Below, in pieces: positions 34,097 through 42,721 of a DNA stretch of 64,000 nucleotides. The position numbers and the translations under genes are program-made. The stretch spans positions 64,001 through 128,000 of the forward strand of contig CM000430.1 of the NCBI GenBank assembly GCA_000165345.1, written 5' to 3'. Numbering within the stretch: position 1 is the stretch's first letter; each line of letters opens with the position of its first letter. Under the pieces are notes generated by a model. That model had not been told where the DNA came from and ran no database searches. It saw only the letters and a list, made by a program, of their open reading frames with translations.

Positions 34097-37000
34097 ATTT
34101 CATTCCAAAAATTATATCAATGGAAATTATATATTAATCATAAATATCTTCAAATTCAACAATTTCTCAATTCTAATATATGTAGAAATATTATTATAGA
34201 ATTAAGAAATTTATCAAAAGAAACAAAATTTACTATACAAATTTCTGATTTATTATATCGTAATTTTATTATGAGAAGAATATTAAATGGAATAATATAT
34301 TGGAAATTTCAAAGTCAATATCAAAAAGAATGTAGAAATAAATATCAATTACTTGAAAATTATATTAATAAAAAATTAATTAATAAAATATTTATTAATT
34401 GGAAAAAAGAATGTCAAGATTATATTATTTATTATAAATTTATTAAAAGTATACAATTACCAATCAAAAAAAGAGTTTTTATTATTTTTAAAGGTAATTA
34501 TATATTCAATAAATATAATTATAATTGTATTCGAATATTTTTTATATCATGGAATTCTTTAACAAATAAAAAAAGAATATTAAAAGAAAAATGTCAAAAT
34601 TTCTATCAATTTTATATTTTAAAAAGATTAATAGAAAGAGTATTTAAACAATGGAGAATAAAATATTATCAGAAATTGAATATATATCAATTTTATGATA
34701 ATATTATTATTAAAAAACCTATGAAAACAATTTTTTATTATTGGAATAATAAAACAATTCAAAGATTAAAAAATGAAAAAGAATTAACAACCAAAATAAT
34801 TAATAGAGAAAAAAAGGATTATTTAAGAATGATGATAATTATTTATAAAATGAATAAAATTTATTATCAAATCAATTTTGGAATTATTAAAAGAATATTT
34901 AATATATGGAAGAAATTATATATGATTGAAAAATTTCATAGAATGAAATTATTAAAACAATATATAATATATTGGAGACATTATTCAATAAAAAGAATAA
35001 TATATAGAGATAAGATTAATATATTTATACAAGAAAGATCAAAAAGATTAATAGAAGAATATTATATAAGAATGATTATATTATATAGAAAAAGAATACA
35101 AATAAAAGAAAAATATGAATATATAAGAAATAGAATAAGAAATAGAAATTTATTAAAAATTATTCAAATATGGAAACAAAGATTTAATAATAGAATAAAG
35201 AAAAAGAATGATTATCAATATTTATTAATAATACATAATAATTATATATTAAAGATGTCAATTCGAATTTGGAAGGAGAGAATGTTAAAAGAGGAAAGAT
35301 ATAGATTAATAATCAATCAAGAAGAAATGAAAAGAATATATAATTTAAAGAGTAGAATATTAAATTATTGGAGAAAAATTTGGAAACCACATCATTATAT
35401 AAAAGTATCAAATGAATTAATAAAGATATTGAATAGAATAATAATACATAATTCATTTCATAAATTATTAAGAATAACATTTTATTCATATAAATATAAT
35501 AAAGATGAGGATAAGAATTGGATTAATATGATAAGAATGAATAATAATATAATAATAAATAAAAGAATTGGATATAGTTATTATATGGAATGTAGATGTA
35601 CTAGTAATGAATTAATAAGAGGATGTTTATTATTAAAAGATAATAATTTATGGATAATGAATATATTATCAAAAATACAAGAAATAAGAAATAATACAAT
35701 ATATGATATGTTATTAAGAATGAGAGAATATATAAGAATAAGAAAGAATTATGAGAAAGGTATAAATGATTTGGAGAAGAATTTAAGAAGAATAATATTA
35801 TCAAGAGTTTGGATAGAGATGATTAATAATATAGAAAGAATATGGATGATAGGAAGATTAATAATAATAATAAGAAATAGAAGAGAGGAGAGAATAAAGA
35901 GACAAGTATTAGTAAGATGGGTGAATAAATATAATGAGAATTATAGGAATAAATGTATAATAGAATATATGAGAAGAATATATGGTAATACAATAAAGAT
36001 TAAATGTTATTTAATTTGGTCAATAAAATTTGAGATAATAAAAAAGAAGAAGAGATTAAAAGAAAGATATGAGAAATATTTAAGAGTTTATATAATAGAA
36101 TATACAATAAGAAGAATGAATGAATATTATTTATATAATAAATGGTTAATATGGTGTAAGAAAGCTTATGATAGAATAGAATGGGTACATGATTTTAGAT
36201 TAAAATCGATATTATTTATAAATTGGAGAAGATATTCAAAAAAGCAGAAAATATTAAGGGATGAATTATATATATTATATAATAAAGTAAAGATAAGAAA
36301 GAAAGGATATATATTAATAGAATGGGTGAATAGGATAAGAATATTATTAAGAATGAGAAATGATGCTGAGAATTATTATTTGAATAATATAATATATAGA
36401 AGAAGATTTAAAGATTGTTTTAATATATGGAGAGGATTATCATTAAGATTAAGAAATCAAAAGAAGAAGATAATGGATTATTTGGAGAATAAGAATAAGA
36501 ATTTGAAGATTACATGTTTTAAACTTTGGAGATTTTTTATTTATTATAGAAAGACAAGGAATTCAAGATTTGAGAAGATAACAAATATAATAAGATTGAA
36601 TCATTTAAATATGATGGTTTATAGAATATTTTATTCATGGAAATTAAAGATGATAGAATTAAGATCTTTAAAGAATTCAATATTTTCATTTTGGAATTCT
36701 GGTATGGGTTTGGAGATGGAGGAGAGTGGATTGGGAGTGGAGGATGGTGAGAGGGGAGGAAGAAGAGGGAGAGGAGTTGGAGGAGAAGGAAGGGTTGGAG
36801 GAAGAGGAAGGGGAGGGATGGGAGGAGAAATGGAAAGGGGAGGGATGGGAGGAGAAATGGAAAGGGGAGAAATGGTAAGAGGAGAAATGGTAAGAGGAGA
36901 AATGATAAGAGGAGAAATAGAAAGAAGAAGCGAAATAAAAGAAAGAAGAGAGATGAACGAGCTCATTTCTCCATCAACTTTTAATTCTCCTTCTCAATAC

Positions 37001-38350
37001 TCTTTGGAGTTTTCAGTGGATTCACCTTCATTTAAGTTAAAAGAGGAGGAGGATGGTGTAGGGGAGGAAGATTTAGATAATGGAGAGAAAAGAAGAAAAG
37101 GAAAGGGGGAGAAAAAAGATGTTGAGAGAAAGGATTATGGATTCATGAGTATATTTTCATCAAGTGGAAATTCTTCATTAGAGTTAGTATCTCAAAGGTT
37201 GGAATCAACACGTCAAGATGATTTGAGAGGTGTAGTTAAAGAAAGAGAAATTCAAGGTCAAGCAAGGAATAATTATGGGAATTCATCTCCATCATCTACT
37301 CGTGAATATGTTAATAGGTTACTTTCCTCTTCTTCTTCTTCTTCTTCTTTGTCTGCTTTATCCGATATTTCAGAAAAAGTTTCAATAAAAGACTCTCCAT
37401 ATACTAATTCCAAGACAAAAAGATCTCATAATTCTTATTCAAAAGCTAGAAGATCATTTTCTCCTTTCCTTCAATATTCTGTGTCTTCTTCTTCTTCCTC
37501 TTTACAGTCACTATCATATTCAGATGGTGACTTGGAGATTGATGAACTACATTCTGCAACAAAGTTAAAGATAAATAGAACTCGTAAGGATCAAAATTCG
37601 TTAGACTGGAATTCACCTTCATTATCTCCACAACAACCACCATCTTCATTATCTCTTCCTCCTCCACCATCTTCATTATCTCCTCCTCCACAAGTGACTT
37701 CATCATCTCTACAACCTTCATTATCTTCTTCACCGCCTCCAATATCTCGACAATCTCTATCTTTACCACAACAGCAATCTAATCCATCTTCACCTTCACT
37801 TCCACATCTATCTTTACCTCCTCCTCCTCCTCCACAATATTCGAGTTATAAATCTTCAAATTCAAGTAATAATGATTCAATGATAATAAATCGATCAAAT
37901 TTATCTTCAAAGTTACCTCTTCCATTTCCAATTCCTATTCAACAACAGCCACAATTACAAATGGTAAATCAGGATGTGAAACAATTGTATGATTCAAATT
38001 TCACTTCTTCTTCTTCTTCTTCTTCCTCTTATTTTTCCTCTGCTTTTTCACCCTCTTCTTACTCAAAGAAAATTACTGAAGATCCAAATTTATTATTAGT
38101 AAAACTTGATACTGATACAAATCAAACAATTAAAGATCTTCCTCAAGATCCTTATCATATCTCAAGTTCTAGTCCAATCTTTAAAACAATCAAGACTGAT
38201 TTAAACAATATTCCTAATCAAAACTTTAAAGATGACCAACAAATTGAGTCCAATATAAACATAAAACCCACTCATTCTCAAAACAATAATATATTCACTT
38301 CTTCTATTTCTTCCTCTTCATCCTCATCTTTCCCTTCTCAGTCTTCATAA
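34097..38350 (+). CDS. Giant low-complexity protein. It has an Sfi1-like centrin-binding repeat region (~23 W-containing ~33-aa repeats), then a Gly/Arg/Glu (RGG-like) block, then a Ser/Pro-rich tail. The 5' end is undefined because of the gap.
   Basis: The ORF is open from the gap to the stop at 38350. Repeats such as LIERVFKQWR, IIKRIFNIWKK, LLKQYIIYWRH, LKMSIRIWKE and LINKIFINWKK fit the Sfi1 consensus [LI][LI]x3[FLI]x2W[KR]. This segment is extremely AT-rich (~20% GC). Then GRGGRRGRGVGGEGRVGGRGRGGMGGEMERG.., then SSSSSS / PPPPSSLS tracts. Confidence 0.5.
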   Translation: MSFQKLYQWKLYINHKYLQIQQFLNSNICRNIIIELRNLSKETKFTIQISDLLYRNFIMRRILNGIIYWKFQSQYQKECRNKYQLLENYINKKLINKIFINWKKECQDYIIYYKFIKSIQLPIKKRVFIIFKGNYIFNKYNYNCIRIFFISWNSLTNKKRILKEKCQNFYQFYILKRLIERVFKQWRIKYYQKLNIYQFYDNIIIKKPMKTIFYYWNNKTIQRLKNEKELTTKIINREKKDYLRMMIIIYKMNKIYYQINFGIIKRIFNIWKKLYMIEKFHRMKLLKQYIIYWRHYSIKRIIYRDKINIFIQERSKRLIEEYYIRMIILYRKRIQIKEKYEYIRNRIRNRNLLKIIQIWKQRFNNRIKKKNDYQYLLIIHNNYILKMSIRIWKERMLKEERYRLIINQEEMKRIYNLKSRILNYWRKIWKPHHYIKVSNELIKILNRIIIHNSFHKLLRITFYSYKYNKDEDKNWINMIRMNNNIIINKRIGYSYYMECRCTSNELIRGCLLLKDNNLWIMNILSKIQEIRNNTIYDMLLRMREYIRIRKNYEKGINDLEKNLRRIILSRVWIEMINNIERIWMIGRLIIIIRNRREERIKRQVLVRWVNKYNENYRNKCIIEYMRRIYGNTIKIKCYLIWSIKFEIIKKKKRLKERYEKYLRVYIIEYTIRRMNEYYLYNKWLIWCKKAYDRIEWVHDFRLKSILFINWRRYSKKQKILRDELYILYNKVKIRKKGYILIEWVNRIRILLRMRNDAENYYLNNIIYRRRFKDCFNIWRGLSLRLRNQKKKIMDYLENKNKNLKITCFKLWRFFIYYRKTRNSRFEKITNIIRLNHLNMMVYRIFYSWKLKMIELRSLKNSIFSFWNSGMGLEMEESGLGVEDGERGGRRGRGVGGEGRVGGRGRGGMGGEMERGGMGGEMERGEMVRGEMVRGEMIRGEIERRSEIKERREMNELISPSTFNSPSQYSLEFSVDSPSFKLKEEEDGVGEEDLDNGEKRRKGKGEKKDVERKDYGFMSIFSSSGNSSLELVSQRLESTRQDDLRGVVKEREIQGQARNNYGNSSPSSTREYVNRLLSSSSSSSSLSALSDISEKVSIKDSPYTNSKTKRSHNSYSKARRSFSPFLQYSVSSSSSSLQSLSYSDGDLEIDELHSATKLKINRTRKDQNSLDWNSPSLSPQQPPSSLSLPPPPSSLSPPPQVTSSSLQPSLSSSPPPISRQSLSLPQQQSNPSSPSLPHLSLPPPPPPQYSSYKSSNSSNNDSMIINRSNLSSKLPLPFPIPIQQQPQLQMVNQDVKQLYDSNFTSSSSSSSSYFSSAFSPSSYSKKITEDPNLLLVKLDTDTNQTIKDLPQDPYHISSSSPIFKTIKTDLNNIPNQNFKDDQQIESNINIKPTHSQNNNIFTSSISSSSSSSFPSQSS
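36720..36935. repeat. Coding minisatellite (~18-21 nt units, GGAGAAATGGTAAGAGGA-like) encoding GEMERG/GEMVRG repeats.
   Basis: Tandem near-identical units are visible in the sequence. Confidence 0.6.
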
Positions 38351-38582
38351 TGACACCACTTATTACAAATATCGCTATTTACTCAACTCAATGTCACCAA
38401 AGGGACAACACTCTTAAAACTACCATAACGAAGCCATTCTTAACACCACCATAAAGACACTACTCTTAACACAACTCATAACATTACTATTAAAATCACT
38501 CCCAACTCTACTTCTACTCTATTACTATTCTCAGTTTTATACCCCAAAGCTAATTTCCTTTAGTCCCACTACCACTACCAAG

Positions 38583-38658
38583 AATTCCCGCCCATTTCTA
38601 TGCATGCATGGATTTTACAACTTACGTGTCAATTGACACGTAATTTGCATGCAAAAAT
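38583..38658. promoter_or_regulatory. Dense cis-element cluster. E2F-like TTCCCGCCC (38586..38594), TGCATGCATG (38601..38610), a perfect 22-bp palindrome TTACGTGTCAATTGACACGTAA (38622..38643) and TTTGCATGCAAAAA (38645..38658).
   Basis: Seen directly in the sequence. The ACGTGT + TGCATGCA pairing recurs at 42490..42518, 46040..46100 and 21397..21432. Confidence 0.5.
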
Positions 38659-38734
38659 TATTAATTTATATTGAAAGAGAAGGAGAAAGGGAGGAAAAAA
38701 AGAGAGGAGGGAACAGAAAAAGACATAGTAGGAC

Positions 38735-38815
38735 AAGACAAAGTAAAGCGAGACAAAGCAAAGCAAGACGACAAAGCAAAGCAAGAAGACAAAGCAAAGC
38801 AAGACAAGGTAAAAC
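38735..38815. repeat. Tandem ~18-nt repeat (A/G)ACAAAGCAAAGCAAGAC x4, followed by an (ATT/ACT)n trinucleotide run at ~38845..38890.
   Basis: Seen in the sequence. It lies inside the small ORFs 38649..38834 and 38671..38895. Confidence 0.6.
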
Positions 38816-38999
38816 TAGGCCAAGTTTATTTTAATTTTATCCGTATGCAATTATTATTACTGCTATTACTATTACTATTATTATTACTATTTTGAAATTT
38901 TTAAATAATAGAGTAATACATATTGGGAGGTGAAATATTATAATTCTATTTATTTTATTCTCTTCTCTGAATGTAATATTCGTTTACTTGATTCTTAAT

Positions 39000-40415
39000 T
39001 CAAGCACTCATATCTAAAATAAATCCATACTTGACAGAATCAGGATCATTTAGTTTTCGAGGATCAATTTGAGCTCCAAATGTTGCTGAGATATTTTTTG
39101 TAAAATTATGAGTCAAAGAATATGCCATTTTTAAATTATTCATTACTTTAAATCTTAAATCAGTACTCTTCATATTATTAGTCATAGATCCAAAGGAAAT
39201 CTTACCTCCTATTGTATATTGAACTTTATCTGAAAATTTTGTTAAATAATTTTCATAATAAGTTTTTGATACTTTATTTTTGGTGATTAATCCTAATCCA
39301 TTATCTTCAATTTGTTGAATATTATCTTCATTATTATTTCCATTATTATTTTCAGTATTATAAGATATCATTAAGCCTAAAGTTAAATAATTTCTAACTA
39401 AATTGTTTAATATTAATCCTCCTGTAAATCCAGATAACTTATTATTTTGATGATTTGTATTAGTTTGTAATGATAAAACATAATTTGGTGTTAAAATAGA
39501 AATTGGACTTAATGTTGATGATCCTCCTATTCCTTCATATAAATCATTATTATCATTAGTATTATTATTATTACAAATCATACTATTCTTAAAACGTGAT
39601 CCAAAATTTTCTTTCTTATGTATTAAACCTTGATAATTAAATTGTTCATATCCTTGAGATCTTTCATTAATTGTATCTTTACAAGATCTCATAAATAAAG
39701 GTCCTTTAAGCATTAATCCCAACATTAATTTTAATGAATTCTTATTATTATTATTATGGGGTAAATTTATATTTGATGAAGATATCATTGATCCAAGACT
39801 TAAACTATTAATACAAGAAAATGGTCTTAAAGTTATTGTATTACTTAACATCATACCAATACTATCTTTATTTTCTTTATTAGATTTATTCAAACATCCT
39901 AATGTTTTTATTGTAGGAGATATTCTAAATCTTGATTGAATATATTCACCTTGAATATCTCCTCCAATTTCTAAACAACCTGATCCATTATTAGTATTAT
40001 TATATGATCCCAATGAATTTGTTAATTTTGGAAACCTTTCATATTTTGATGTTAAACTTATACCATAATATGGTTTTGTTTTTACTTCCATTATAGAAAT
40101 CCCATTCATATCCATTTTTGTTTCCATTTGTGATGAACATATATTCCATTTTAATGTTGAATTTCCATCCAATGAGAATATTTGTTTACTATTATTATTA
40201 CTATTATTTTCTCCACAACATCCATTTCCATCATTACAACATTTTGACTTATTTCCATTTTTTCCTCCATTAGAAGGTGTTGAAATATTATAACTAAATG
40301 AAGGATTCTTGCAAATACTTGTGAGATTTAACTCTAATAATTTATCTTTTTCTGTTGGATACTTGGACTTAAATAATCCAATTACTTCCTTATTAAAATC
40401 ACCAACTAGTACCAT
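39000..40415 (-). CDS. TOM40: Eukaryotic-porin-family beta-barrel protein, most likely mitochondrial/mitosomal outer-membrane Tom40, with Asn-rich low-complexity insertions.
   Basis: ATG at 40415. The N-terminus ..FKSKYPTEKDKLLE.. resembles the Tom40 NPGTFEE motif. The C-terminus ..KYGFILDMSA resembles the Tom40/VDAC terminal beta-strand (KFGFGL..). Alternating-hydrophobic strands run throughout. N-rich inserts include NNSNNNS, NNTNNGSG, CNNNNTNDNND and NTENNNGNNNEDN. Confidence 0.45.
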   Translation of the reverse strand: MVLVGDFNKEVIGLFKSKYPTEKDKLLELNLTSICKNPSFSYNISTPSNGGKNGNKSKCCNDGNGCCGENNSNNNSKQIFSLDGNSTLKWNICSSQMETKMDMNGISIMEVKTKPYYGISLTSKYERFPKLTNSLGSYNNTNNGSGCLEIGGDIQGEYIQSRFRISPTIKTLGCLNKSNKENKDSIGMMLSNTITLRPFSCINSLSLGSMISSSNINLPHNNNNKNSLKLMLGLMLKGPLFMRSCKDTINERSQGYEQFNYQGLIHKKENFGSRFKNSMICNNNNTNDNNDLYEGIGGSSTLSPISILTPNYVLSLQTNTNHQNNKLSGFTGGLILNNLVRNYLTLGLMISYNTENNNGNNNEDNIQQIEDNGLGLITKNKVSKTYYENYLTKFSDKVQYTIGGKISFGSMTNNMKSTDLRFKVMNNLKMAYSLTHNFTKNISATFGAQIDPRKLNDPDSVKYGFILDMSA

Positions 40416-40688
40416 TTTTTTTAATGTGTTTTCTTTTATTTTATATAATTTAAATTGTAAATCTTATTATTAATACTAAATTACTTATTATTAATATTAT
40501 TCTTTTCAATTTATTATTTTATATTAAAATACAAACTGATATATATAATATTATTAAATGTATATTATATTTTTTTCTGTGTTTAAATAAATAATCCCTA
40601 ATTCAATCAAATTTATATTTAACCTTTAAAATTCATTCAATTAATTACTCCCTCTTTATCCAAACAACCAAAAAACTAACCAACAAAT

Positions 40689-40711
40689 CCCCCCCCCCTC
40701 CCACTCCCCCA
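40689..40711. promoter_or_regulatory. C-rich tract CCCCCCCCCCTCCCACTCCCCC ~280 bp upstream of Tom40. A similar CCCCCTCCCGCTCG lies at 30597..30610 upstream of family member 5.
   Basis: Homopolymeric C/G tracts are rare in this AT-rich sequence. Confidence 0.35.
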
Positions 40712-40866
40712 CAAAAAATAAACTATTATTAAAATTATTGAAATTATTAAAAAAAAAAATTATTAAATAGAAAATATCATATTTACTCTATTAAATATAT
40801 ATATATATATCTATATATATTTATTTAATCATTATTCCATATTTTCTATATTAATATTTGTTATTT

Positions 40867-42003
40867 TTACTTTGATAATGTATTTGTTACAATATCTTCA
40901 ATTGTACTAAATACCTGCTTAATCATTTTACCTCCATTTTGATTACTCTTTTTATTATCATTTTTTTTATTATTTTCATCAACATCATCCTCCTTTTCTA
41001 AATCCTTTACTTCATCATTATTATTATTAGACTTCTTCTTTAATCCATCAAAAACATCATTAACCTTCTCTTCAACTCTTTCTAATAAACCCTTCTTTGC
41101 TAATACTCTCAAATTGGATGTATTATTATAATATACAATTTCTGGTGTTTTGATTGGTGATGCTGTATCATTATACCTTTTACCATCACTACTTATACTT
41201 GTTTCATTATATAATGGATTATTCTTAATATTTTTATCACGATTATTATCTTCATTTTCATCATCATCTTCTTCTTCATCCCTATCTTGTACTATAATTC
41301 TCTCATTACCACTCAAACCAGCTCTATTAAAACCTGTTAATGTTGGAAACCTTTGTAAATAATCACTTTCCCTATTCAATAAATTATTAACAGGATTGTT
41401 TCCTGATGAAGAAGTTTGATTTCTTTGCATTAAAGATTCATTAGAATTCTGTAAATCATTATTTTGATTTCCATTAGATAATATTCCATCTTGTAAATCA
41501 TTAATAAATCCAGGTGTCATATTTTCCATAGGAATCATTACATCCATCTTTCTTTCATTTGATTCAGATTCATTACCTAAATATCTAAAATATGGTCCAG
41601 GTAATGGAGCATATGGTAATGGTGAAACATATCCAACTGGTCGTGTAAATACTCCTCCTGGTCTAGAGGTTGTTCTTGTGTATGAATATGAATAATTATA
41701 TGGATATCCTGGCACTCCTGCATATGGATATTGATATGAATATGTATATGGATATTGATATGAATAAGTATATGAATATGGGTATTGATATTGATATGGA
41801 TATGAGTAATACACAGGTTGTTCTACAAAATATGGACGATCCACAAATACTGTTTGATCTCCTACATAGCCTCCTCTTCTATGTCCAAGTGATCTTACTT
41901 CAGTAGTAGAATTCTTTTCTTGTTTTTGAGACTTAACTACATTTCCCAAGCATGCCAATATTAATATTATAACTGTTGTATTTTTTAATGTAAACTTGAC
42001 CAT
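40867..42003 (-). CDS. Secreted Tyr/Pro-repeat protein (378 aa) with an Asn/Asp/Glu-rich C-terminal half.
   Basis: ATG at 42003. Signal peptide MVKFTLKNTTVIILILACLGNVVKS. The core is YYSYPYQYQYPYSYTYSYQYPYTYSYQYPYAGVPGYPYNYSYSY, then PLPYAPLPGPYFRY. At the DNA level these are (TATCCATAT/TCATAT)-type repeats at ~41680-41830. Confidence 0.6.
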   Translation of the reverse strand: MVKFTLKNTTVIILILACLGNVVKSQKQEKNSTTEVRSLGHRRGGYVGDQTVFVDRPYFVEQPVYYSYPYQYQYPYSYTYSYQYPYTYSYQYPYAGVPGYPYNYSYSYTRTTSRPGGVFTRPVGYVSPLPYAPLPGPYFRYLGNESESNERKMDVMIPMENMTPGFINDLQDGILSNGNQNNDLQNSNESLMQRNQTSSSGNNPVNNLLNRESDYLQRFPTLTGFNRAGLSGNERIIVQDRDEEEDDDENEDNNRDKNIKNNPLYNETSISSDGKRYNDTASPIKTPEIVYYNNTSNLRVLAKKGLLERVEEKVNDVFDGLKKKSNNNNDEVKDLEKEDDVDENNKKNDNKKSNQNGGKMIKQVFSTIEDIVTNTLSK

Positions 42004-42489
42004 CTTTAATACTTGAAAAAAATTGGATATAAATATTGAAAAAAAAATTTCTAAATCTTCTTTATTTAATGTTTAAAAAAAATTGATTTATTTATATTAG
42101 TATTTATTTTATAGCTTCAATTGTCTTTATACCTTCTTCAGTCAATATTGAAACTATAAATATTATCACGATGATAAATAGTATTAATAATATTTTTATT
42201 GATTATTACTTGCAATAAAATATATATATATATATTATCAACTATATTTAATACAATAATTAAAAGTTATTATTATTCTCTTGAACAACCTTCAATTATT
42301 GTTATATATCTGAAAATTGAATTATATTTAAAATAAAAATAAAAATATTTTTATTAAAAATAAAATTCAAATTAATATACAAAAAATAAAAAAAGTAAAT
42401 TTTGTTATCTATTGTCCTCCTCATTATCTTTGGAAATTATTGATTCTTTTTATTACACGAATTTATTGTCCACATTAATATTATGATTA

Positions 42490-42518
42490 TTGCATGCATG
42501 CAATTTTACACGTGTTGT
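42490..42518. promoter_or_regulatory. TTGCATGCATGCAA palindrome plus TTTTACACGTGTTG (ACGTG box), ~490 bp upstream of the Tyr/Pro-repeat gene.
   Basis: Near-identical arrangement to 38601..38630 (TGCATGCATG-GATTTTACAACTTACGTGTC). Confidence 0.5.
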
Positions 42519-42721
42519 ATAAATCTTAATACCGGTATCAAATTAATGATGATATATATACGTAATAAATTACTTAATAATAAAATAATTCGTAATTATT
42601 ACGAATTAATTATTTATTAAAATTATTAATTATTACGTAATTATTATGTAATATATGTATATATATATTTTTTAATAATTAATATTAAAGGAAAAAAATA
42701 TTAAAATAATATTTAAAGGGC

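Noticed and set aside
35601-37769. ORFs 35601..35804-, 36631..36966- and 37446..37769- antisense to the Sfi1-like gene
   Set aside because: Antisense to a 4.2-kb ORF. Their translations are simple repeats.
41150-41906. ORFs 41150..41362+ and 41670..41906+ antisense to the Tyr/Pro-repeat gene
   Set aside because: Repeat-driven antisense frames.
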